A DNA stretch of 64,000 bases from assembly GCA_010093815.1 (NCBI GenBank), contig ML996566.1. The stretch is one strand, 5' to 3'. The position numbers and the translations under genes were made by a program. Source of the stretch: Pseudovirgaria hyperparasitica (taxonomy: Eukaryota). Below the pieces are notes generated by a model. It was not told where the DNA came from. It did no database searches and saw only the letters and a list, made by a program, of their open reading frames with translations. The first letter of the stretch is position 1. Every line of letters starts with the position of its first letter. Shown here piece by piece: positions 1-12,434 of the stretch.

Positions 1-56
1 GTAGACTCGTTCTTGCTTTCTTTCCTACCTACCTGTGAACCTCTTCGGTCTGCGTA

Positions 57-2171
57 ATGCCTTCCAAACGTACTCGCGCAGCGTTCGAAGAAGACCTGCA
101 AGCTCAACAATCGCCATATGTCTTTTTCGGCACCGCGCTACCTCCGATAGATCCGTCTGTCCGTGACGATGGCTCTTATGTCCCCATATGGAAGCAGACT
201 GCGACTGACGACCAGGGAAGGAGAAGGCTTCACGGTGCGTTCACTGGAGGTTTCAGCGCTGGGTGAGCCTCAACCGAGTCCTCCCTCTACGATGGCATTG
301 TAGACTCATGGACATACAGATACTTCAATACTGTAGGATCAAAGGAAGGATGGACGCCCTCAAACTTCGTCTCTTCACGCCAGAAGCGACACTTGGACGC
401 TGCAACTCCAACTGTACAGCGACCTGAGGATTTCATGGATGAGGAAGACCTTGCCGATGCTGCTGACTCGGAACGCATACATACCTCAAAATCATTTGCG
501 TCAATTGGAGCCACGCCCGCCGAACAAGCTAAGCTGAACCTTGCGCGGGGCTCTGAGGACACAATAGGTGCAAGATTGCTGCAGAAGATGGGCTGGCGCA
601 AGGGCCAGGGGATAGGACCCAAAGTGCGCAGGAAGGCTGATCTTGGCCCTGAAATTGAGGGTGTGGACACAGATGACCTCACTTCATCATCACATTTCTT
701 TGCTCCACCTAATTCGCCGCTGGTTCTAATAATAAGAAAAGAAGACCACAAAGGCTTAGGATTTGGTACGGTGCAAGACAAAGCACTATCAAGGGCAGGT
801 GATCTCCCTGATAACGAGTGGCATGGCTTGCGTGATCCTGTAGACCCAGGGTTGAAGAAGAAACAAAAGCAGTCTCAATCGAAAAAGAGTGGCTTTGGGC
901 TTGGTGTTTTGAATGATACTGGTTCTGATGATGAAGACCCTTATTCGATGGGCCCGCGAATCTCATTCACGTCGGTCTCCAATCGTGACATCAAATCTAA
1001 GAAAGCAGGATCAAAAAAGTCTCCTGCTATCAACGTGCCTCGAGCGGCAACTCAACCATTACTTTCCTCGAAGAACAGGATCGAACGTCAGAAAGCGGTG
1101 ACATGCCAGAAATGTCACGATGGAAAATTACCCCTGCAAGGCTTCCACTTGTCTAAGCACTCTCTCCGACTATCTGGGCCTAGCTTTCCACTCCCACGGA
1201 TACCCCAGGGGTGGTCCTCAAAGATAGAACTGCAAACGGGGGTCAATGGTCCAGGAGTTGTCAAAGAAACGGAGAAAGCCACTCTTGATCCCGTATCGAG
1301 AGCTCGAATTCTTGGGGAGACTCCTCTACCGGGCAAATCGGTATTTGATTTCATGTCTGCTGACGCTAGGAATCGGATAGCATCAGCCTCAGGCAGGACA
1401 AATTTGCCACCTGGACGTGGAGAAAATATTTCCGGAGGCCTGAACAAAACAGTCGAGATGCTCTCGGACCTAATACGACCGCCTCCTGCAGAGGCTGCTG
1501 AAGCGGCTCTAAGAAGATTGGTAGGGGGTTGGAATCCTTACGGAACTGATCAGGACAAGGCACTTCGATATCAAACTTTCTTGGAGATATGCACGAGTCC
1601 AAAACTAGGCTTGCCAGATCAGCCAAAGGGAATGTCGAAAAAGGACTGGATAGGCGAGTTGGAAGAGTTTGCACATGCTGCCCAGGTCTTCAAGCCTGTC
1701 ACAGGTATGATGGCTTCTCGTTTTACAGCTGCATCTAGCCACTCTACTGCGAATGCACCCGAACAAGTTAGTCAGGTAAGCGGAACCCTTACGAAGAGCA
1801 ACGGGGCGCAGGAAGCTGCAAGAGCCGGGATGTTTGGTCCATTGACAAGAAGTATACATCAATTCTATCCGACAAGACTGCTTTGCAAGCGATTTGGAGT
1901 ACCGCCCCCGAATCTTGCTTCAGGAGACAAACCATCAGAGCCCGTGAACAACCCAATAAGTACAAGTGGCATGGGCGTTCAAGACTTTCCTTCCCAGTCA
2001 CGAGATTCGACATTGATCGTAAAGACATCAGATGCATACACTGCAAACCCAGTTTCCTTAGCATCCACACAGCCCGCTGTGCCGCCGGTCGTAGACGCTG
2101 AGTCGAATACAGCCCTTGAGGAGAGTCGTGCTGCCCAAGAGATATTTGATGCCATATTCAACAGTGGCTAA
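57..2171 (+). CDS. G-patch domain protein (GPATCH1/DUF1604 family, splicing-associated), 2 exons
   Basis: Exon 1 (57-262) ends [14 protein letters not shown]. Intron 263-319 (GTGAGC...CAG). Exon 2 continues [13 protein letters not shown], which is the DUF1604 signature. G-patch motif [19 protein letters not shown]-terminal [13 protein letters not shown]. Confidence 0.9.
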
Positions 2172-3086
2172 TAGATTCTACGATGTACGCCAAAACGGAT
2201 CGCATAGTTAGGTCGTCGTCTGATGTAACTGTATAGCAACAATAAATCTCCATCTGAAAGGCTAAAAGACGAACGTGCATCCTTCATCTTCTATCCCAAC
2301 ACCTTCCGAGGTTGAACAGCGATAGATACAACCTTGGCCAGAATCTTCGAACTAGTCACTACGCACTACAGTGCGAATGCTGCGTCCGCTTCAGAAATGC
2401 GAGCACAACATCAGTGACGGCGCATGCGGTTGCATATGGCCTGCGCCCAGACGAGATGCTTCTGAGAGAAGTTAATTCGTATACAACCTGAGGCTTGTGG
2501 TACTTAGACGAAATAAAGTATGACACAGATGGCTCGCGGAAGATTTAAACGTAGAAGATCTTGGTTACGAAGGCAGTCAAACGACCTGGCGCTGCTTAGG
2601 CCCTAGATTTGGTTTGAAGGGTTTTTGTATGCAACAATGTATGAATAAGTCGCTTCGGTAGAAATACACGTAATCCGCACTGTTTGCAATATATCCTCAG
2701 ATTGAACCAAAATCTCGCATGTAATGATAAATGCTGTCTCACTATAAGGACTCAGCTTTAACTTTTTACATTTCGAAAGGGAAATCGACTACCGCCTTGC
2801 CGTCTAGATATGGAACTTCTGTCGGAGTTTCAGCCTGTTTTTTGTAAGAGTCGGATGGTTTTCAACTCCTCAAGATCAGTGGCCATTAATTGTATGAATA
2901 CTCGTTTCGGTCTGAAGTTGTTGGCCAAGCTCGCTTAGAAGTCCCTAGACTAAGGCTGACTGACGTCTTCCAGTTGTTCGCGTTCGCGCTTGTAACTTAG
3001 GCCTTGTACCATCTATTATTACCCACATAGATCACGAAGTTCTACCTACTGGCGTCGTTGGTGTTCATCGATGTTCGCCCTTCGAG

Positions 3087-4413
3087 ATGCGGTCCGGCCC
3101 GAAATCCCATCTGGGCTGCCGGCAGTGTAAGAAGCGTAAAGTCAAGGTAAGATCTGAAGATCCATGAACAGGCTGAATCAGTCCCCATCGAATTGACTGT
3201 CTCTACTCTGGACTAGTGCGATGAAAAGACCCCAGCTTGTAGTGCTTGCATTAGGCGCCGAGAGGCATGCTCGTACCTGGACGTCACACAACAACATGCA
3301 TCACACGTCAAAGCCTCAACAGCCTCAGCAGCCTCCGAGCAGAGAAGTCAGTGTCCGCCGGAGCCGAGCTGGTATACACCCACACTGGACATTGATCTAA
3401 CACATTACTACCTCATGCACACATGCCGGACCATCATGTTCGACCCACGACGCCGCAGCTTCTGGAGAGAAATCATCTTTCCCCTTTCCTTCGACTCCAC
3501 CGCCCCCGACGAACCTGATCTCACCGTGCTTCACGGCCACCTCGCAACTGCTGCCCTCCATAAGATCGCCGTCGCCAATCCCTCACCATCTCTCCAAGAA
3601 AGGTACATCGCATGTGCCGCTGACCGTCAGTCCAAAGCCGTATCCACCCTGATCCGCATGCTCGACGCGCCCAGCCCTAAGAATGCACCCGCGCTCTTCA
3701 CGCTCTCCGTCCTCGTCACCATCTGGGCATTTGCAAGCCGTAGCCTGCCAGCCGAACTCAACACCATCTCCATCTCTCGCCTTGCACTCCGCGATGGCCA
3801 TGAGCCGCACCCTGAAGCCCAGCACGCATGCCAGCATGACGGCAAGGCAAGCCCACCCACTCTTGTCCCTCATCGCTGGCACCTCGAAAACCTCGTGACC
3901 ATCATCCATGTAACCCAGGGCATCCGCGCGATCACACTAGGCTGCTCTGCGTGGCTCCGCGACCTCTCACCAGAATTCAGTCACATGATGACCATGCCCG
4001 GGCCGCCGGGTCCCGCGACGCCTGACTCTCTTGCCGCGCTCCTCGCGCTCGAGGCTCATGTACGGGCTACCCAACCCGCTCGGGACGTCGAGATGTACAT
4101 AACCGAGATTCGCCGTGTAGAAGTCATGCTCGCCCTACAACTAGACGCAGAAACGCGCGAGAGCCTGTTGGGCTGGCTGGCGGGACTAGACCAGGCATAT
4201 GTGCGAGTGCTTGCGGCTGGAGAGCAGGCAGCGCTGGCGATACTGGCGTTTTGGGCGGGGACTTTTTATACGATGGACGATAGGTGGTGGGCACGTGGAT
4301 GGGCGGTGGGTCTTGTGGAAGAGGTATATGCGGCGGTGGACGAGAAGTGGCGGGTGTATCTGGAGTGGCCGTTGGGTGCTATTGGGAGGCTGGAATTGAG
4401 GGAGATTACTTGA
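3087..4413 (+). CDS. Zn2Cys6 transcription factor (Upc2-like fungal C6 TF), 2 exons
   Basis: Exon 1 encodes KSHLGCRQCKKRKVK. Intron 3147-3216. Exon 2 begins CDEKTPACSACIRRREACSY, in frame with ORF 3415-4413. C-terminus has the typical WW..GW...W..YLEWP pattern. Start codon uncertain. Confidence 0.85.
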
Positions 4414-6745
4414 ACGGCAAGCTAAGGATGGGATCAGATCACTTGCAAAACGCTGTGCTGCGGCTCTGGAAACCGTTGTGGGAGAGATGTTCATCCCCGA
4501 GCCTAGTGCGGTTCGCAGTGGCCACTTGGATGAAGTCTGGGATCCAGTCTTGCTATGACGCCTGTCTAGTATTTCCCGATGTCTATTCAGGGTCCTCAGA
4601 AAATGGACGAGCTCACATGATGAAATCAAGCCGCCGCTCCAGAGTCATTGGCAAGACACGAGATGAGATCTGGGTGCAAATAGTGAAGGCAGGAGTAGAA
4701 AAGTGGTGTGCGGACAAGTAGGATGATGACAGTACGTCAATGAGGACATCAAAGGGGCGACAACCTGTCGTCTTCGTCTCTGAAGGGGCTTCAGACCTGC
4801 TAGTACTCAGTCTCGGAGGACAATAGACTCAGCATTGTTTAAATACCAAACAATGCATCTCGTATAACTGGATGATGAAAGAGATAGAGGTCGGCGTCAA
4901 AAGTTGCGTTGGCTGCGAACTTGATTCTGGCTCCGTTCTTCTCATCGCCCAGGACCTATAGTCGCTCTCGAGGAACTGGCTGATGGATTTATCCTGTTCA
5001 GTGTAGAACTGCCTTCAAACGAGGTGGGCATCTTTTGGGTCAATCCTTTTTCATCAGTCGGTGTGTTATGTTGCCATGCTTATGCTGGCTGAGTAATTTA
5101 GGGTCAACGAAGATTGACCTATCAGTCGTATGATTATAATCTTGAGGCAACCCCTAGATTGGCTGTCTGCTAGAGATCAGTGACGCGTGCTTCAACATCT
5201 CGATATAAACACAACTGTTACCCTTGGGCATGTGACTCCGCCATAGAGTCTCTGTGGTGTATTTTATAGAGGTGGTATTCAGTACAACATAAAGCTCAGG
5301 TCCGCTCCAAGTCCCTTGTTGCATACCTTATGACAACAGGGACAGCATAAACTAACGGTGGGTACTACATTGGTGGCAGATAACACAGTCCACATCAGTA
5401 TGATAGTATTCTCCACTGATCACCATCCAGCGGGTAATGTCTCTGTAGACAAAGTGAGATGAGAGGTGAGCCGGTCCTAGCCCTTGTTTCAAAATCCGTC
5501 GTTACTGAAGCAAATCACCATAGATATTGCACGGTGAATTTGATATGTCCAAATAAATGTTGTCGTACTGGAGAAGATCACCGGAGCCTAGCTTTAGAGG
5601 CTCGACCACTAGGCCTATGTTATTGTGGTCACGTCGCGTCCCATTTTTCGTACCGCTTGCACATTCTATCACCAATACATGAGGCAGGCTTGTTGCAAGC
5701 GAAGATACTCGGGCTTGTTGGATGTGATCTAGTGTGATGTGGTGCGTAAGACGTTGGTGATCTTGACAGACGAGTTGGACGAATTGTTGCGACGTCGAGT
5801 AAGACGTTCCGGAACGGATGCTTCAGCCAAGCCTTCCTACCTAGCCCGACAGAGTCTGCTTACGTACACAAGCAACATCACGCCAAGCCCAATTCTGTGG
5901 CTTGAACTCCTTCACATCTGTCTCATCAACCCCCTGGCGCCACCATATTGAGAGCCTGTCACTTAGTTACACCCGAAGATCCATTTGTTCCTTCCCAGTG
6001 ATAAAACAAACCACATGACCGTACTTTGGATCGTCGCAGGGATTCCCCGGCTCAACTTCCTCTCGGAGCTGCTCCCTGACGCGTCAATGGCAATCAGTAG
6101 ATTCGGCAGAGCTGACAACATTGATCATCGTAGGCTCTGAGACATGGCTGCATCTTCAGGCCAAGACAATACGTTCTTCTCTGGCCTTGTCTGTCCCGAG
6201 ATTGTCCATCACTACTCCTCTCAGAGCTGTGTAGGAGCATAACACAGCTAGGACAGCTTCCCAGAACATCTTACGTTCCGAGATAGGTGTCTCAAGCTTT
6301 TTTATGTACCAAATATGCTTTCTGAAATTATCCTGACATGTTTTACTCGCCCATTCTGCATATCCTGCTACCTATGCACACACAGACTGAGGTACACGGC
6401 GGTGGCACCTAAACGCTGTTCATGCCGCACTATGGACAAGGGTTGACGTGTCTAATTAAAGCAACATACAATGTACTTCCCGCCAGACTATTTGATATCG
6501 AATCTCCGTGCCCATATTTTCAGAAACTCTAGCTTCACGACTTCCAGCTCATCGGGCTCTTTTTTATTTTCTCTACGATTCCTCTCTCTGGTAGAGATAC
6601 GTTATTTCAAATTTCCCTGGAGGAGGTCTTGTATCGTCTTTTTTAAAATTATCCCTTCAGTTTGATATCGCAGGTCGACTTTTTCAAATCACATTCTTCA
6701 TACTACAGCCTTCGATTAGGAATATACAAACCGCTAATACTAATA

Positions 6746-8094
6746 ATGGCTACCGAGATTCCAGCAGCAAAGCCTGTATGTGGTGGTGGTGGAATTAATG
6801 GAAGCGAGGAGGATTTCGATATTTCTCTGCACATTGCTGCAATCTGTAAGACAACTGTGATATACACCCACATTGTTTCTCACACTAATTGACATCAGTC
6901 TTGGTTCTTGGTGCGAGCGTGTTCGGCGCAGGATTTCCGGTCATGGCGAAGAAGGTCCGGTGGATGAGAATCCCGCCAAAGGTCTTCTTCTTCTGCAAGC
7001 ATTTCGGAACCGGAGTACTAATTGCAACTGCTTTTGTCCACGTGAGTCTTTTCTCTCGAATATCGATCTCCAAAGACTGATACCGCCCTTCCCAGCTCCT
7101 CCCCACCGCATTTCTATCTCTTTCGAACCCCTGTCTTCCGGATATTTTCATAAAGAACTACCCTCCAATGCCTGGTGTTATCATGATGGCTTCACTCTTC
7201 ATCTTGTTCGTCATCGAGATGTGGCTTAATGCCAAAACTGGCGGCCACAACCACGGCGGGCCAACCGGCCAAAACTTCATTCCTTCCGAGCACTCCGTGT
7301 CTGACCCCTACACACTTCAGCCTCCGAGCCGGCCCTTCACCCGTGCCGACAGCTATAGCTCCGAGCACACGCTCCACGGCGACGACAAAGATGACAAAAT
7401 CACCACCGTCCGCGAGTACCCCGCCGAGCACAGAGACAGCTCCGAAATGCCCCCCTGGTTCGTCGTCTTCTACGAGCAATACATCCGCCAGCGCGACGAA
7501 ATGCTCACCGTCCTCCACCGCGCCACTCCATTCACATCCCACAAGCACGACCTGCCAGTTCCATCCGACCCCGAAGCCCTCGACCCCACCGCCACCGACC
7601 CGCAGGTCCTGCGGAAGATGTCCCTCAACATCACCCTTCTCGAAGGCGGCATCCTGTTCCACTCCGTCTTCGTCGGCATGACCGTCTCCATCACCACCAC
7701 CGGCTTCGTCGTCCTCCTGATCGCCATCCTCTTCCACCAGATGTTCGAGGGCCTCGGGCTCGGCTCGCGCATCGCCGCGGTGCCGTACGCAAAGGGCAGT
7801 TGGCGCCCCTGGATCCTCGTCGTTGCATTCGGCACCACCGCGCCCATCGGGCAGGCGATTGGCCTTGCGAGCCGGGGAAGCTATGATCCGGATAGCGCGC
7901 TAGGGCTGATTATCGTGGGTGTGTTCAATGCTATTTCGTCTGGGCTGCTGGTTTATGCCTCGTTGGTGGATCTTCTTGCCGAGGACTTCTTGTCTGAGGA
8001 GGCGAGGCTGTTGTCGTATGCGGAGAAGTGCTGGGCGTTTGTGTATGTGTTGTTGGGCGCGGTTGGGATGAGTGTTGTTGGTGTGTTCGCTTGA
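6746..8094 (+). CDS. ZIP family zinc/iron transporter, 3 exons
   Basis: Motifs KHFGTGVLIATAFVHLLP, LEGGILFHSVFVG and FHQMFEGLGLG, plus multiple TM helices. Introns approx 6846-6897 and 7042-7095. Confidence 0.92.
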
Positions 8095-8466
8095 GTGAGT
8101 GTGGGTGAGAACAGGCAGGGGTTGGGCGTGCTTGGGGATGGATGTGCAGCGGTGCGGGCGGTCAATCTATGCATTCATCAATCCATCCATCCATTCACCT
8201 ACCTCTTTTCCCCTTCCTGTATATTGACACTGTACACTCAATCGCTTTCATCATTTTCAAATTCTTGCAGGGCATTGATCTGAGGCTAAAAAGGCCACAA
8301 GCTACAGTCTAACCGGCATACATCCATCTATCGAGCCCTCCAACAACTCCTCCATTAAAACAAAAAATCCCCACAATCTAAACATAACCCATTCCCTTCT
8401 CTCATCCCTCCCGCCCTCTTTCCCACGAGATTTCTACCCCCAACTCTCATAATACTCTTCATGACC

Positions 8467-8565
8467 GGTCGCTTAGCTCAGTTGGTTAGAGCGTGGTGCT
8501 AATACAATCCCTTGCGGATGCTGTGAAAAACGCCAAGGTCGCGAGTTCGACCCTCGTAGTGACCA
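8467..8565 (+). tRNA. tRNA-Ile (anticodon AAT) with 25-nt intron (8505-8529)
   Basis: GGTCGCT acceptor stem pairs with AGTGACC. D-arm TAGCTCAGTTGGTTAGAGC. Anticodon stem TGGTG/CGCCA with loop CT-AAT-A[intron]A. T-arm GCGAG-TTCGACC-CTCGT. T-run about 20 nt downstream. Confidence 0.93.
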
Positions 8566-9097
8566 AGCCCCTACAATATCTCACCTTTTTTTGTGGGCAA
8601 TCTATGCAGAAATGACAGATTTTTTTTCTGGGGGGGCACACTCTTGTGTCGTCGTATTGTGCGTGCGGTGTGGGTACGGTGTGGGTCGAGAAAAAGCTTG
8701 GGCCAGGAGAAGGAGGGGGTGGTACTGTAGTACGTACTGTAGTGGTGGTGGAGACGGGTGCAGAGTTTTATTGTGTAATTATGGACACGTACATTTCGTG
8801 TGATATAGGTAGAATTCATTGATAACCAACTATCGGGCATGTATGATTATATCCCGTTTCTACCGTAGACATGTTAGAAACTTTAGCGTTTAGATAAGTA
8901 AATAAGCGAGTGATACATACGTACTAATTATAGGCGGGCTGAACTAGGTACGTAGGTACATGTTCTTTCTATCTACCATTTAACCCATCAATCTCGATCG
9001 TATCAGACGTAAGAAAGCAACCGGGATCCATCCACCTATCTTTGATATGTGATCCTCTACCGGATATAATGTGATTGAGCTGGATTTTTTCTTCCGT

Positions 9098-9178
9098 GGC
9101 AACCTGGCTGAGTGGTTATAGCGTTAGACTAGAAATCTAATTCCTTCGGGAGCACAGGTTCGAATCCTGTGGTTGTCG
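9098..9178 (+). tRNA. tRNA-Ser (anticodon AGA)
   Basis: GGCAACC/GGTTGTC acceptor stem. A-box TGGCTGAGTGG. Anticodon arm TTAGA-CT-AGA-AA-TCTAA. Long variable arm TTCC-TTCG-GGAG. B-box GGTTCGAATCC. Poly-T Pol III terminator immediately after. Confidence 0.95.
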
Positions 9179-9724
9179 TTTTTTACTGTTTAGCATGGCG
9201 TGGGAGGCGTGGGTTCAGACTTTTGGGGGAGTTTTGATAGTAATTAGTGTTGGTAGGGTGCTTTCTTTCTGCGTTGTGGATTGAGGACAGGGAAATGTTC
9301 AGGTATTGGATAATAGGGCGCAAGGAGGAGCTGGGAAAGATTTGGTTTTATGGACTTGGCGTGATTACATGCGATGAGCGAAGAGTGAGAGGGAGGGTTA
9401 TTTGATGTTCTTCTTAGGGTGCCTTCGTGCGGAAGATTGAGGAGAATGTCTAGCTGTGCGATGAACGAGCAATTCGTATTTGACTAGCACGAAGCTAGTA
9501 TTGCATAGAGTCTGATCAATCCCAAATCACACAAGACAAGGACAAGCTATGCTCCGACTTGGAGCTAAGAAACGCCTTCTAAAAGTGGTTATCCGGAACG
9601 CACTCGCATGTGTGAGAGAAGGTAGAGAATTGTCTGAGCTTAAGCCCGGGATATCATAAAGCAATGCAAAAGATTGTAAGAATGCGTAAATCGTACCATT
9701 CCTGATGCATGTGTGCCCCCTTGC

Positions 9725-11557
9725 CTAAAAGCTGGACTGAGGCTGGACTGGCTTGCCGTACGGACTTACAGCCAAGTCGTCTTCATCTTCGTCTGTCCGC
9801 TCAGGTTCATGTGTCCCTCGCATCTCCTTTTGCCTTAGCTCCCAGCTACCCATGCGTGTGTGCTCTCGTCCGCCGTTCGTCGCACCTGCGATGACGGCTG
9901 GCTGAGGCATGATCAGATCAGCATCGCTCGCCATCTTTGCTGATCCTTTATATCCGCCAGCATTACTGTGGCGGCGTGAGTTGCGCTGCATGCGGATACC
10001 ACCGAACGCGAATGCTGCCACAGCAATCAAAGCGAGAACAACAAGTGTTACGATGGCTCCGATGACGCCTGCAACGGCTGGAGAAAGTGCCGAAGACGGT
10101 TTCGGAGGTTGTGTTGTGGTGTGGTAATCGTAAAAGGGGCAGAAGACGGCACTGCTACTCCCACACGCTGTGCACCAATCACCAGGCTTACTTGTCATTA
10201 TACCGCTCATGTAGCTTTCGAAGTCCACCCAGCTTATCTCTGCCGTACTGGGGCCACGGTGGAAGATTGGGTAACTGCGTAGGTCGTAGCCCTCGTTGCT
10301 CGTGCCGTTGCGGAAGTAAAATGCCACCCATAGATCCTCGCGCGCGGGGAATCCAGTGTCATTAGCAGTGCCCATGGAATATAGCTCGAATACCATACTG
10401 CTACCGTACTCGGGCAAGCCATAGAATTGAGAGTTTCGTTCGGCGATTGCAGCTAGCGAGGAGAAGCCAATGAAAGGCTCATGGTCGCCGAACAGTAGAT
10501 TAAGTTTATAGTTAACACCACGTGTTTCGATATTCTGCTGCAAAAGACCCAAGACTTGTGCTGCAAGGGTACGACCAGGTATCGCACGAATGCCATTGTC
10601 GACATCTGAGTCACCATAAAATGCCCACTGCTGCTGCGATGCAAGCGCACGAATGCGCTCATAATCACCAGTGAAGGATGTGTCTTCGGCAGAGAAGAGA
10701 GCCTGGGTACCATTGTCGTGATTATAGCGATAATTTAAGTACTCGTAGATGTTCCATGCGTTACCATAGTCCCTATTGAAAGAGTATCAGTACAAACTCA
10801 CATGGATTGTAGATCCTTGACCAATATCTTTCGACTCTTACCTTTGGACAGACGTCAAAACGTCCTCTCCCATGGCCGCCCCAGCAATACTTGAGAATAG
10901 ACCCCTAGTCCGCTGTTGAATGTCCTTGAACTCAGTGCTATTAAAATAATTGAACATAGACAAGGCGTGATTGTCGCAACCAAGAGCTCCAGCCAGATAT
11001 ATCGAATGAGGCTCCATGGATGAGTACGTCCGGATCTGTGCGTATTGATACCCATTCAAGGGGTAATTAAGGTATGAACCGTTCGCCAATACTGATTCCG
11101 TACCACCAGGAAGAGCAGCAAAGGTGGCATTAGTCGAGGAGTTCACAGCAAAGGTAGGTTCGTACGGAGGAAAGAGTCCCTGCATGAAAGCCTGAGCCGA
11201 AGCATATGTGTGCTGCCCTTCTGGTGCCATGACTAGAACCTGCTCGTCATTGACTATGTCGTAATCAATGTCGACTATATGATTGACGGCGATTGTGTCA
11301 TTGCCGTCTCCGCCGGTTGTCGTTAGGTAGCGATTTCGAAAGAAGTCGCCAGCAATATGAAGTTGCTGAGCACCAAGAGAGGTGAGCTCTCTCACACCGG
11401 AGCCAAGAAGACTCGGCAAGCGCTCGCCGGCACGAGTGAAGACCACGGTGCCATGGACCCTCATGTCAAGATCCTGTGTCTGTACCAGAAGCGCAGTAGA
11501 GGCTAGAACAGCCAACCGCGACATAGACAGAGACATGGTGAGGATAGCCACTGGCAT
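9725..11557 (-). CDS. Histidine acid phosphatase-fold type I membrane protein (catalytic His absent), 2 exons
   Basis: Signal peptide. VVFTRAGERLP sits at the RHGxRxP position, followed by LTSLGAQQL. YPLNGYQY motif, WCTAC...FC, then a C-terminal TM helix and GYKGSAKMASDAD tail. Intron approx 10841-10774. Start codon uncertain (several ATGs). Confidence 0.8.
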
Positions 11558-12434
11558 GGCAGCAGACGAATCAAAGGATATCAGTGAAGAGGACGCTCCA
11601 GCTTACCTTGAAATCAAGGCCGCAGCCAGGTACCGTTAAGTACACAGCCATAGTAGAGCTTCGAGCTTGGCTAACCCAGGCTTCACGAGGGCGCGGGAGC
11701 GATGATAGGTGCATTGTGCCTTGTAGCGTCATTCCTGCATGGTGGATGATAGTCCCGGGCATTATCTACGATACGAGAGCTGGATATTAGCTCTATCCGG
11801 ATCCATGCAAGCCTCGCGCGCGGGGTAGCTTGCTCGAGCTTCATTGTCTAGCCTCGCTGCATTAAATCGCACAAGTACCGTGAACTGGGTAGTCGTGGGC
11901 GCAGCTGATCACGACGACAGTTCTCATTGAGTCGCGCAGCATTTCCTGAGCTGTGCAAGGTCGTGAGCTCGGTGCCGACCGTTGGTTCCTGGAAGCAGAG
12001 ACGGACAGAACACAGAGGCTGGGAGAGAAGCTTACGACGGTAGCGCCGAGTGAATTGACCGAGTGAGAAGACACGGGTAGCAGCACGAGCCTTAGCCTTC
12101 GGTATGACTGCAGGTCTTGCACATGCCGAGATAGATCATGATCGTGATATCGATGTTGATGTTTCCGCAGTCAAGTCCACGGTCTACTACTGATGTTCAC
12201 CATCTACTACTGATGTTCGAAGCACAGAGCAGAAAGCCCTCTCTCCAGCTCGGCGTAACCCCGCTAGAATAGCTAAATATATATGACTAGGCCGTAAGCA
12301 GCTATACAGATTTCTACGGAGCAAGTGCAATTTGGAGCAGTCGTGCACGCGGTTCGTTTGTTCAATTTCTAGTTTTCCACTCAACAGAGTCTTGCATCTT
12401 AGACTGCAAGTACCTACTCTCAAGTCTATGACAC

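Noticed and set aside
4420..6700. Scattered short ORFs upstream of the ZIP transporter, and a search for zinc-response elements
   Set aside because: The ORFs lack homology cues. No clear repeated ZafA/Zap1-type site could be identified by eye.
7192..7847. Long antisense and alternative-frame ORFs over the ZIP gene (similar ones over hmgA, CYP504, HIR1 and LEO1)
   Set aside because: These are shadow ORFs produced by biased codon usage in the real genes and carry no recognisable domains.
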